DNA of 64,000 nucleotides, taken from contig CAVVPN010000001.1 in the NCBI GenBank assembly GCA_963750165.1, positions 1-64,000 of the forward strand. Direction: 5' to 3'. Shown in pieces: positions 8,653 to 17,961 of the stretch. The notes below the pieces were generated by a model. That model did not search any database and was not told where the DNA came from. It worked only from the letters and a program-made list of their open reading frames with translations. The translations under genes were made by a program, and so were the position numbers. Position 1 is the first letter of the stretch. Every line of letters starts with the position of its first letter. Source of the DNA: an uncultured Gemmataceae bacterium (GTDB lineage: Bacteria > Planctomycetota > Planctomycetia > Gemmatales > Gemmataceae).

Positions 8653-10884
8653 ATGACGCCTGGTCGTCTATCTCCGAGCCGAGCCTGGCTTCTGCTGGGC
8701 GTGCTGGTCCCGAGCCTGGCCGTCAGCCCAGCCGCCCCCGCCCAGCCGCCCGCCGCCGAAGCGGTCAGTTTTCCCAACGAAGTCGTGCCGCTGTTCACCA
8801 AACTCGGCTGCAACACCGGCGGCTGCCACGGCAAGTCCGGCGGCCAGAACGGTTTTGCCCTGTCGCTGTTCGGCTTCGAGCCACAGGAGGACTACGAGGC
8901 GCTGACCCGGGAGGCGCGCGGCCGCCGGCTGTTCCCGGCCGCGCCGGGCAAGAGCCTGCTGCTGACCAAGGCGACCGGCAGCGTCGCCCACGGTGGTGGC
9001 AAACGCCTCGACGTGGACTCGGACGCCTACCGGTTGCTGCGCCGCTGGATCGAGCAGGGCGCTCCCTACGACCGCCCAGGCGCGCCGGCGGTGACGCGCA
9101 TCGAAGTGCTGCCGGGGCGGCGCGTGCTGGAGCGCGGCGGCCGGCAGCAGCTGGCCGTGCGCGCCCACTGCGCCGACGGCACCGTGCGCGATGTGACGCG
9201 GCTGGCGCAGTTCGTGACCAACGACGCGGCGCTGGCCGAGGTGTCGCCGGATGGCCTGGTGACAGCACTGCGGCGCGCCGGCAGCGCCGCGGTGATGGCC
9301 CGCTATCAGACGCACGTGGCTGTCTTCACCGCCCTGGTGCCGCTCGGCGAAGCGGTGACGAACCTGCCGCCGGCCAACAACTTCATCGACAAACTCGTGT
9401 TTCAACGGCTGAAAGTGCTTGGCCTGCCGCCGTCGGCGCTGGCGGACGATGCCACGTTTCTGCGGCGCGTGACCCTCGACATCGCCGGCCGCCTGCCGAC
9501 GCCCGCCGAGGTGCGCGACTTCCGTGCCGACAAGGACGCGAATCGCCATGAGCGGTTGGTAGACCGCCTGCTGGCGGGCGCGGACTATGCTTACCACTTC
9601 GCGGGCAAGTGGAGCGCCGTGCTCCGCAATCGCCGTAAATCGGACAAGGACGATCCGAAAATCACCCGTGCCTTCCACGCCTGGGTCAAGGACAACCTGC
9701 ACCAGAATCGACCGCTCGACCGCTGGGTGCGCGACCTGCTCACCGTGACCGGCAAGCACACCGAACAGCCGGCGGTTGCCTGGTATCGCGAGGTCAACAA
9801 GGCCAACGAACAGGTCGAGGACGTGGCCCAGCTGTTCCTGGGCCAGCGTGTTGCCTGCGCTCGGTGCCATCATCATCCGCTGGAAAAGTGGAGTCAGCAG
9901 GACTATTACGGCCTGGTCGCGTTCTTCTCGCGCGTCGAGTTCAAGGATCCGCCCGCTCCGAAGAAGACCAAGGACATGAAGGTGGCGCCGCCGAAGCTGC
10001 CGATGGAGGTGCGGCACAAACCTGGCCCGGCCGAGGCGCTCAACCCACGCACCCGCAAGATGGTCCGGCCCACCGGCCTGGGCGCCGCTCCGCTCGTCGT
10101 GCCGCCAGAGGTCGATCCACGCACACGGCTCGTGGACTGGATGGTGGATAAAAAGAATCCGTATTTCGCGCGGGCGCTGGTCAACCGTTACTGGAAGCAC
10201 TTCCTGGGCCGCGGCCTGGTTGAGCCGGAGGACGACCTGCGTGTGACCAACCCGCCGAGCAACCCGGAACTGCTCGACGCCCTGGCGGGCTATTTCACGG
10301 ACAGCGGCTATGATCTGAAGCAGCTGGTGCGGGCGATCTGCACCTCGAACACCTACCGCCTCAGCGCCGAGCCGAACCGGCACAACGCGGACGACCGCCA
10401 GAACTATTCGCGCTTCCAGCCGCGGCGGCTCAGCGCCGAGGTGCTGCTGGACGCCATCGACGATGTGGCGCTGGTGCGCTCGACTTTCAAGGGTGTGCCG
10501 GCGGGAACGCGGGCGGTGCGACTGCCGGACAACCAGGGCGATTCCTACTTCCTGAGCGCCTTCGGCCGGCCGGACTTCGCCAGCGCCTGCGAGTGCGAAC
10601 GCTCCGGCGACGCCAGCCTGGCACAGTCGCTGCACCTGGTCAACGCGAAGGATTTGCTGGCGAAAATCGCGAAGGGCCAGGCCGCGAAGCTCGCGAAGGA
10701 CAAACGGCCACACGCCGAGCGCGTCCGCGACCTGTACCTGCTGGCGCTGGCGCGTGAGCCCAGCGCTCAGGAGACGCAGGCGCTGGTCGGCTACGTCACC
10801 CGTCACGCGGCCAACGCCCAGACGGCCTACGAGGACGTGGTGTGGAGCGTCATCAACACGAAGGAATTTATGTTCAATCATTAA
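8653..10884 (+). CDS. DUF1549/DUF1553 (PSD1) planctomycete protein with Ig-like domain
   Basis: Signal peptide, GCNTGGCHG, FLRRVTLDIAGRLPT, CARCHHHP, NRYWKHFLGRGLVEP, CECER; GAAGGAG RBS. Confidence 0.92.
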   Translation: MTPGRLSPSRAWLLLGVLVPSLAVSPAAPAQPPAAEAVSFPNEVVPLFTKLGCNTGGCHGKSGGQNGFALSLFGFEPQEDYEALTREARGRRLFPAAPGKSLLLTKATGSVAHGGGKRLDVDSDAYRLLRRWIEQGAPYDRPGAPAVTRIEVLPGRRVLERGGRQQLAVRAHCADGTVRDVTRLAQFVTNDAALAEVSPDGLVTALRRAGSAAVMARYQTHVAVFTALVPLGEAVTNLPPANNFIDKLVFQRLKVLGLPPSALADDATFLRRVTLDIAGRLPTPAEVRDFRADKDANRHERLVDRLLAGADYAYHFAGKWSAVLRNRRKSDKDDPKITRAFHAWVKDNLHQNRPLDRWVRDLLTVTGKHTEQPAVAWYREVNKANEQVEDVAQLFLGQRVACARCHHHPLEKWSQQDYYGLVAFFSRVEFKDPPAPKKTKDMKVAPPKLPMEVRHKPGPAEALNPRTRKMVRPTGLGAAPLVVPPEVDPRTRLVDWMVDKKNPYFARALVNRYWKHFLGRGLVEPEDDLRVTNPPSNPELLDALAGYFTDSGYDLKQLVRAICTSNTYRLSAEPNRHNADDRQNYSRFQPRRLSAEVLLDAIDDVALVRSTFKGVPAGTRAVRLPDNQGDSYFLSAFGRPDFASACECERSGDASLAQSLHLVNAKDLLAKIAKGQAAKLAKDKRPHAERVRDLYLLALAREPSAQETQALVGYVTRHAANAQTAYEDVVWSVINTKEFMFNH

Positions 10885-10889
10885 CCAAC

Positions 10890-10975
10890 GTGGGGCAGAC
10901 ATTCCTGTCTGCCGGCGCGCGGCAGACAGGAATGTCTGCCCCACGGAAGAAGGCAGGCTGGAAAGCCTGCCCCAC
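10890..10975. repeat. REP cluster (GTGGGGCAGACATTCCTGTCTGCC family)
   Basis: Inverted doublet 10890-10944 plus variant GGCAGGCTGGAAAGCCTGCCCCAC. Confidence 0.8.
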
Positions 10976-10990
10976 GATTTGGGGGGCATC

Positions 10991-12378
10991 ATGTTCACGT
11001 TCTTCGACACCAACCGCAAGGGCTCGCGCCGCGACTTCCTGACGGTGGGCAGCCTGGGTGGCCTGTCGCTGCCGCTGCTGCTGGCGGCGCGGGCGGCCGG
11101 CCAGGAAGCGCGACGGCCGTTGACCACGGGCAAGTCGGTCATCTTCCTGATGATGCACGGCGGCCCCAGTCAGTTCGAGACCTTCGATCCCAAGCAGGAC
11201 GGCCCGCCCAGCGGCCGCAGCGCCAACGGCGTCGTGCAGACGCGCGTGCCCGGCGTCGTGTTTGGCAGCTCGTTCCCAAAGCTGGCCCGTCACGCCGACC
11301 GGCTCGCCGTCGTCCGCAACTACCAGGCGGAGAACGGCAACCACGACATCAAGCCAGTCGTCAGCCCGTACTCGCTGAACGCCAACCTCGGTGCGCTGTA
11401 CGCTCGCGTCGTCGGCGCGCTGCGGCCCAGCGGCATGCCGACCAACGTGGCCATCTTTCCGAACTCGGTTGATCCGCGCGGCCCGGGACCACGCAACAAC
11501 TTCGGCAACTTCCTGTCCACCGGGGCGCTGGCGCTTCCTACGCCCCGTTCGTGCCGGGCGCCGGCGGCCAGGTGCAGCAGAACATGATCCTCCACCTGGC
11601 CCGTGAACGACTCGACGACCGCCGGGCGCTGCTCGGCCAGATCGACAACTTCCGCCGTCAGAGCGACGCCTCCGGCGCGATGGCCGCGGTGGACCGCTTC
11701 CACGAGCAGGCCCGCGATGTGCTGCTCAGCGGCATCGCCCGCGCCTTCGATCTGTCGCGCGAGGATCCGCGCGTCGTGGCGATGTACGACACCGCCCGCT
11801 ACGACCGGCCCAATAAATGGCGGCACAAGAACAACCGCAACAACTACAGCGCCCACGCCCGGTCGCTGGGCAAGCTGCTGCTGCTGGCCCGCCGGCTGTG
11901 CGAGGCGGGGGCCGGCTTCGTGCTGGTCAACACCGAGTTCGTCTGGGACATGCACCAGGACGTGAACAACCTGGGCGTCGCGGAGGGCATGAACCTGGTC
12001 GGCACGCCGTTCGACCACGCCCTGGCGGCGTATATCGAGGACGTGGAGGCGCGCGGCCTGGGCGACGACATTATGCTGGTGGCCACGGGTGAGATGGGCC
12101 GGACGCCGCGGCTGCAGCCCAACGGCGGCCGCGACCACTGGGGCCGGCTCACGCCGCTGCTGCTGCACGGCGGCGGTGTGGCCCACGGCCAGGTGATCGG
12201 CCACTCGACGCGCGACGGTGGCGAACCGGCAGGCAACCCGCAGCGCGTGGCCAACCTGGTGGCGACGGTGATGAACGCCGTCTTCCACGTCGGCGAGGTG
12301 CGGCTGGCGCCGGGCCTGCCGACGGACGTGAACCGCGTCATCACGGAAGTGCGGCCGATTCCGGGGCTGTTTTCGTGA
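10991..12378 (+). CDS. DUF1501 protein (one frameshift at ~11530)
   Basis: SRRDFL Tat-like motif, GGPSQFETFDPK, LLLARRLCEAG, WDMH, GEMGRTP, GRDHW; adding one G restores GALGASYAPFVP. Confidence 0.9.
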
Positions 12379-12398
12379 CCACCGAAAAACCCCGTTCT

Positions 12399-12437
12399 GA
12401 TTCATCGGTTCGCGCGGCCCGCGCGAACCGATGAATC
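12399..12437. repeat. 19-bp-stem palindrome (terminator or REP related to the CGGTTCGCG family)
   Basis: gattcatcggttcgcgcgg-c-ccgcgcgaaccgatgaatc. Confidence 0.6.
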
Positions 12438-12626
12438 GGGTGCTGGTGGTTCGGTGTCTCCCACCTGCCGGGCATCCCCAGATCCCCTCCCCACGCCAAC
12501 CTCCAGATAGAACCCGCGCTGCCGCAGAGCAGCATTCTCAATTGACGGGCTCCCCCCCAGTTGCTAAAAGGCCCATCCCGGTGGCGGACTGTTCGCGCGC
12601 CACCTGTACGAGGAGGGGCCTGTTTG

Positions 12627-13466
12627 ATGACTGTGGCAGCACAGCTTGTGCGACCGTTCCAGCTGGGATGCACGTTCGTCCGTCTCTGGCGGCAACGGCA
12701 CCAGCTCATCGTCCTGCTGGCCTACCGGGAGGTCATCGACCGGTTCGCTGGCTCCGTCGTCGGCGGCCTCTGGGCGCTGGCGCACCCGCTCTTTCTGATG
12801 GCAACCTACGTTTTCGTCTTCGGCACCATCTTCCAGATGCGCTTCGCGGCCGGCGGCACAGCCCCCGGGCTCGACTTCGCCACCTTCTTCATCGCCGGCT
12901 ACTTGCCCTGGATGACCATCCAGGACGCCATGCTCCGCAGTTGCACCGCCATCACCGGCAGCCAGAACCTCGTCAAGCAGGTTGTCTTCCCCCTGGAAGT
13001 GCTGCCGTTGCGTTCGCTCCTGGCCTGCGCCCTGCCGCAGACGGTCGGCCTGGCGTTCCTCCTGGTTTACCTCCCCCTCCAGACCGGCACCCTCCCGGCC
13101 ACGGTAGCGCTGCTGCCGGTCGTCCTCGCCGTGCAGTTCGTCGGCCTGGTCGGTGTGTGTTTTTTCCTGTCGTCCGTGTCGGTGTACGTGCGCGACACCA
13201 GGGAAGTGCTGACGGTCCTGGTCACGGCGGGCCTGTACCTGTTGCCCATTATTTATGTGCCGGCGGCCACACCGCCGCGGGTGCAGTTCTACCTGAATTT
13301 CAACCCACTCAGCCACCTGGTCTGGATGTACCACGACGTACTGCTCCACGGAACCGTGACGCGACCGCTCTCCTGGGCGATCAGTGTCGTGCTGGCCGGC
13401 GGCCTGTTCCTGGTCGGGTTCGGCGTCTTCCGAAGGCTGAAACATTCGTTTGGTAACAGCCTGTGA
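12627..13466 (+). CDS. wzm: Polysaccharide ABC transporter permease (Wzm-like)
   Basis: RFAGSVVGGLWALAHPL, NLVKQVVFPLEVLP, VRDT, PIIY, NPLSH; AGGAGG RBS. Confidence 0.9.
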   Translation: MTVAAQLVRPFQLGCTFVRLWRQRHQLIVLLAYREVIDRFAGSVVGGLWALAHPLFLMATYVFVFGTIFQMRFAAGGTAPGLDFATFFIAGYLPWMTIQDAMLRSCTAITGSQNLVKQVVFPLEVLPLRSLLACALPQTVGLAFLLVYLPLQTGTLPATVALLPVVLAVQFVGLVGVCFFLSSVSVYVRDTREVLTVLVTAGLYLLPIIYVPAATPPRVQFYLNFNPLSHLVWMYHDVLLHGTVTRPLSWAISVVLAGGLFLVGFGVFRRLKHSFGNSL

Positions 13467-13487
13467 ATGGTGTGGAAGGAGGGGAGC

Positions 13488-15353
13488 ATGTGTGGCGTGG
13501 CTGGCGTCGTCGATTATGAGGGCCGCTACTCGCCCGCACAACTGCGACAACTGACGCGGCGGATGCGGGACACACTGACGCACCGCGGCCCGGATGACGC
13601 CGGCCTGTGGGCCAGTCCGGATGGCCGCGTCTGCCTCGGTCAGCGCCGCCTGTCCGTCATCGACCTCCGCCCCGAAGGCCGCCAACCCATGCTCAACGAG
13701 GACGGCCGTGTCGCCGTCACCTTCAACGGCGAGATCTACAATTTCCAGCCGCTGCGCCAGGAACTGGAAGCCGCCGGCCACCGCTTCGTCTCGCGCACCG
13801 ACACCGAGGTGTTGTGTCACCTGCTGGAGGATGATCCGGAGGCGGCGGTCGGCCGGCTCAGCGGCATGTTCGCCTTCGGCGCCTGGCGCGAACCGCAGCG
13901 CGAGTTGGTGCTGGCCCGCGACCATTTTGGAAAAAAACCGCTCTACTACGTCCGTGATGGAGCTTTTGTCGCCTTCGCCTCCGAGTTGCAGGCGTTGCAG
14001 TGCCTGCCCGACGAACTGCTCGGCGGCATCGATCCGGTGGCCGTGCAGGAGTATTTGCTGCTCCAGTACGTCCACGCTCCGCGGTCGATCTACCGCCATG
14101 TCCGCAAGCTGGAGCCGGGCGCTTTCCTGCGGATCGGCTTCGATGAGGGCCGCATTCGCCACGAAAAATTGGGGCGGTTCTACCGCTTCGAGGCGGTGGA
14201 GCCCTGGCCCTGGCCGATCGGTTCGTGGCACACCGAGGAGGCACTCGCGGAGGAGTTCCGCGACCAGCTGGTGGCGGCGGTGCGCGACCGCCTGGTCGCC
14301 GACGTGCCGGTGGGCGCGTTCCTGTCCGGCGGCAACGATTCGTCGCTGGTCGTGGCGATCATGGCCCGCGAGCTGGGCGTCCGGCCGCAGACGTTCTCGA
14401 TCGGCTTCACCAACTCGCCGAGCAGCGAACACGTGGCGGCCCGCCAGATCGCCGAACACCTCGGTTGCGACCACCACGAACTGCTCGTCGAACCGTCGGC
14501 TGTGGACCTGCTGCCCACCATCGTGGACGCGCTTGACGAGCCCAACGGCGACTCGTCCTGTCTGCCGGTGTATCTGCTGTGCCGGTTCGCGCGCTGCGCC
14601 GTGACGGTGGCGCTCTCGGGTGACGGTGGCGACGAGTTGTTCGGCGGTTACGGCCGCTACACGCACACGCTGCGTGAGGCGTCCAATCTGTACTTCCGGC
14701 TGCACTGGTTGAAGCGTCACCGCCGCCGCTGGCGGGCGAGCCGGGCCTACCTCAGCGAACGCATCCTGCCGATGACCGAGGACACGCTACGGGGCCTGGT
14801 CGAGCGGCTGGAGCCGGAAGCCGAGCGACTGCTGAACGCCATGCGTGCGACTGCCGACGGTCGCGGCTCCGTGCTGCACCGCTTGCGGACGCTGGACGCG
14901 ACCAGCTACCTGCCGGGTGCCGTGCTGGCCAAGGTGGATCGCATGTCGATGCAATTCGCCCTGGAGGTCCGCAGCCCGTTGCTCGATTCGCGCCTGGCCG
15001 GCTGGGCGTCGTCACTACCGGCGTGGGTGTGCAACGACGGGCGGACGGCGAAGAAAGTGCTGAAGCGGCTGGCGCTGCGCTACCTGCCGGAATCGATTGT
15101 TCACCGGCCGAAACAGGGCTTTGGTCTGCCGGATCAGTGCTGGTCGCAGGACCGGCTGCTGGACCTGGCCGACGGCCTGCTGCTCGGCACGGGGGCCAGG
15201 GTCCAGGGCCACCTCGACGGACAGAAACTGCGCCGCCACCTCGCCGGGCAGCGCGACCCACGGCTGTTCAACGTCTACCAGATCTGGGAGTTGCTCGTGC
15301 TGGAACTGTGGCTGCGCAAGGCCGCGCGTGGTGCCCTCTCCGCCGCAGCGTGA
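13488..15353 (+). CDS. asnB: Asparagine-synthase-family glutamine amidotransferase (probably glycan-amidating)
   Basis: N-terminal MCG, HRGPD, RLSVID, NGEIYN, ARDHFGKKPLYY, LSGGNDSS, LSGDGGDELFGGY, KVDRMSM. Confidence 0.93.
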   Translation: MCGVAGVVDYEGRYSPAQLRQLTRRMRDTLTHRGPDDAGLWASPDGRVCLGQRRLSVIDLRPEGRQPMLNEDGRVAVTFNGEIYNFQPLRQELEAAGHRFVSRTDTEVLCHLLEDDPEAAVGRLSGMFAFGAWREPQRELVLARDHFGKKPLYYVRDGAFVAFASELQALQCLPDELLGGIDPVAVQEYLLLQYVHAPRSIYRHVRKLEPGAFLRIGFDEGRIRHEKLGRFYRFEAVEPWPWPIGSWHTEEALAEEFRDQLVAAVRDRLVADVPVGAFLSGGNDSSLVVAIMARELGVRPQTFSIGFTNSPSSEHVAARQIAEHLGCDHHELLVEPSAVDLLPTIVDALDEPNGDSSCLPVYLLCRFARCAVTVALSGDGGDELFGGYGRYTHTLREASNLYFRLHWLKRHRRRWRASRAYLSERILPMTEDTLRGLVERLEPEAERLLNAMRATADGRGSVLHRLRTLDATSYLPGAVLAKVDRMSMQFALEVRSPLLDSRLAGWASSLPAWVCNDGRTAKKVLKRLALRYLPESIVHRPKQGFGLPDQCWSQDRLLDLADGLLLGTGARVQGHLDGQKLRRHLAGQRDPRLFNVYQIWELLVLELWLRKAARGALSAAA

Positions 15354-15424
15354 ACGCCGCCGCGGTCGTCCGCGGGTCGCTTGCAAGAAGCGCAAGCCCC
15401 CGACCACACTGGGAGCGATCTGAC

Positions 15425-17257
15425 ATGGGAGCGTTTACTGCATGGCTGTCCGGCGCCCTCGCCGACGCGGGCCCCGCACCGGCGCGGACACGGCCGCCCG
15501 GCCGCGTCGATCCCTCCCGCACGCTCCTGGTCGCCGACTTTGAGCCGACGCCCGGCAGCCTGCTGGACCACCTCGGGACCATCCCGCTAACGATGGCGCT
15601 GCCGGCGCCGCCCGCGCAGCCGCTCCCCGGCGTCGCCTACTACTGCTACCGCACCGCGACCAACCCCATGCAGTGGGACACTGCCATCGACGACGCCCTG
15701 CACAACGGCATCGACACGGTTGCCTTCTTCCTGCCGCCGCGCGAGGTACACGGCCAGACGCTGCTGCGGCTGCGCCGCCTCGGCGTTCGCCGCGTGCTGC
15801 TGCTGGGCCGCGGTCACCCCCTGGCCACATCGCCGCTCCTACTGGCCTGCTGGCGGAAGGTGACGACCTTGTGGAATAAAGCACTCGGAATTCTCCGGCT
15901 AGGCCCCGACGGCGGCCTGACGACGGCCCGCTGCCGCGCCCTGCTGGCTCATGCTCCGCCGCGCGACCGCGTCCGCCCCAGTGCCGGCCGGCGGCTGCGC
16001 ATCGCCCATTTCGTCACCTCACTCAACTCCGGCGGTGCCGAGCGCCAGGCGTGCCACGCCGCCGTGCAGCAGCACCTCCACGGCCACGATGTGCGCGTCC
16101 TCGTCCGCCTGGCCCTGGTCGGCGACGACGACCACTACCGCTATCTGCTCGCGCCGCACGGCGTCCCCGCCCGCTGCATCGGCGAGCGCTGGTACGACGC
16201 CTTCCCCGAGTCCTGGCGCCGCCGCGGCCTGCGTCCCGAACTCCTGCGGCAGCTGCCGCCTGAACTGGCCGGCTCCGTTGGCGACCTGCTCGGTGAACTC
16301 CTCACGGACCAGGTGGACGTGCTGCACTGCTACGTCGATGACTGCAACACCGTCGGCGCCCTGGCGGCGGTCCTGGCGGGAACGCCCGGCGTCGTCCTGT
16401 CATTCCGCAACGGCAATCCGACCTACTTCCCTGGCCTGTATCGGCCGTGGATGCTGCCGGCCTACCAGGCGACGGTCAACCGCGGCGGCGTGCGCCTGGC
16501 CTCGAACTCCGCGGCCGGTGCCCGTGACTACGAGCGCTGGCTGGGCCTGCCGGCGAACTCCGTCCCGGTGGTCCCCAACGCCTTCGAGCCGCCGCCGACC
16601 CCCGGCTGCGATGAGGGGTTGGGCTGGCGCGCCGAGCTGGGCATCGCCGCCGCCGCCCCGGTCGTTGCGGGCATTTTTCGCCTGCAACCGGAGAAACGGC
16701 CGTTCTACTTCCTGAAATGTATCGACCGCCTGCGTCACATCGTCCCGGGGTTGCGCGTCGTGATAGCGGGCGTGGGCAACCTGGAAACGCAGGTCCGTCA
16801 GAAGGTCGCGGCACTGGGTCTCGGCGAAGTGGTGACGTTGCTCGGCCAGCGCCGCGACGTGCCGCGCATCCTCGCCGGTAGCGACGTGCTGTTGTTGACC
16901 TCGGCCTGGGAGGGGACGCCGAACGTGTTGCTGGAGGCGCAGCACCTGGGCTGTGTACCGGTGGCGACGGACGCCGGCGGGTCGCGTGAGGCGTTGGCTC
17001 CCGGGAAAACGGGAGTGCTGATCGGACAGAACGACCTCGACGGTGCCGTGATGGCCGTCGCGAGCCTGCTCGCCGACGCGGGGCGGCGCCACCGCATGGC
17101 CGCCGCCGGCCGCGCGTTCGTCGCAGCCCGATTCGCCCCGGAGGCGCTGTACGAGGGCAACCTGCGGCTGTATCGCGACGCTCTGGCCGACCGCTCCGAG
17201 CCGGGCCGTTTCATTTTCGTCCGTCGCGATCCCGCCCACCCGGCGGGGCGCGGGTAG
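15425..17257 (+). CDS. GT4-family glycosyltransferase with N-terminal extension
   Basis: SGGAERQ, RLQPEKRP, EGTPNVLLEA, VATDAGG. Confidence 0.9.
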   Translation: MGAFTAWLSGALADAGPAPARTRPPGRVDPSRTLLVADFEPTPGSLLDHLGTIPLTMALPAPPAQPLPGVAYYCYRTATNPMQWDTAIDDALHNGIDTVAFFLPPREVHGQTLLRLRRLGVRRVLLLGRGHPLATSPLLLACWRKVTTLWNKALGILRLGPDGGLTTARCRALLAHAPPRDRVRPSAGRRLRIAHFVTSLNSGGAERQACHAAVQQHLHGHDVRVLVRLALVGDDDHYRYLLAPHGVPARCIGERWYDAFPESWRRRGLRPELLRQLPPELAGSVGDLLGELLTDQVDVLHCYVDDCNTVGALAAVLAGTPGVVLSFRNGNPTYFPGLYRPWMLPAYQATVNRGGVRLASNSAAGARDYERWLGLPANSVPVVPNAFEPPPTPGCDEGLGWRAELGIAAAAPVVAGIFRLQPEKRPFYFLKCIDRLRHIVPGLRVVIAGVGNLETQVRQKVAALGLGEVVTLLGQRRDVPRILAGSDVLLLTSAWEGTPNVLLEAQHLGCVPVATDAGGSREALAPGKTGVLIGQNDLDGAVMAVASLLADAGRRHRMAAAGRAFVAARFAPEALYEGNLRLYRDALADRSEPGRFIFVRRDPAHPAGRG

Positions 17258-17417
17258 AAAAGCTGCGCTGCCCCACATCCCCCAACCTTGAAACCGCGAA
17301 CGCCCCTGCCGAGACGGGTTTCCGGCTTGACTCAAACCGTCAAAAAAAAGTAATCTCCGACACCTCCGGCCCACTTCGGGTCGGTCGGGTGCCAGGGATC
17401 GAGGAAGAGGTGCCGTT

Positions 17418-17834
17418 ATGCCCCAGGGTGTCCGTGAGCGGGCGCGGTTCGTCGCCACCTGTCTCTGCTACATGGGGGCCTTCTTCTGTCTGCTGACCAT
17501 TGGCTGGGCTCCGACGCGCTTCGGGGGGATGGTGGGTCGGTTGCGGGCGCGCCTGACCCGCTACCCGCGCTGCCTGGTGGACGTGTGTCCCGAGTCCGGG
17601 CACTGTTTCCTGGCTCGGGTGCCCATTGGGCTGAATTCGGACGCCAACGGGCAGTCGCGCATCGTCGTGTTCGAGGACGGCGTGGCGCTCCCGAAGCCCC
17701 ACGCTCCCCACGACCTGATCCGCAAGGAGGGCCTGGGCGCTTACTCCCACTGGAACGGCGTGATCTACTTTGCGACGGCCGACAACACCGACCCGCGCTC
17801 CAACGGCCGCCGTTACACCTACGGCGAAGTCTAG
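17418..17834 (+). CDS. Small membrane-anchored protein consisting of an unrecognised 'HAPH...YSHW...DPxxNGR' domain
   Basis: Hydrophobic N-terminus; 27/50 identities with the N-terminal domain of the 22204 protein. Confidence 0.8.
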   Translation: MPQGVRERARFVATCLCYMGAFFCLLTIGWAPTRFGGMVGRLRARLTRYPRCLVDVCPESGHCFLARVPIGLNSDANGQSRIVVFEDGVALPKPHAPHDLIRKEGLGAYSHWNGVIYFATADNTDPRSNGRRYTYGEV

Positions 17835-17852
17835 CGCGCATCGCGAATGGAG

Positions 17853-17880
17853 GTAGCGGAAGTCGCCAGACTTCCGCTAC
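17853..17880. repeat. GTAG-type REP (single collapsed copy)
   Basis: gtagcggaagtcgccagacttccgctac. Confidence 0.75.
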
Positions 17881-17961
17881 ACCATTCGCAAACTGCTTGA
17901 GAGAGTACCTGGCGCCGCCCGAACACGGATTTTCGGACCCTGTCGAGAAACGGATTTTCGC

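Noticed and set aside
13488..15353. Lasso-peptide cyclase
   Set aside because: The N-terminal Cys glutaminase domain is intact, there is no precursor or B protein nearby, and the context is glycan export
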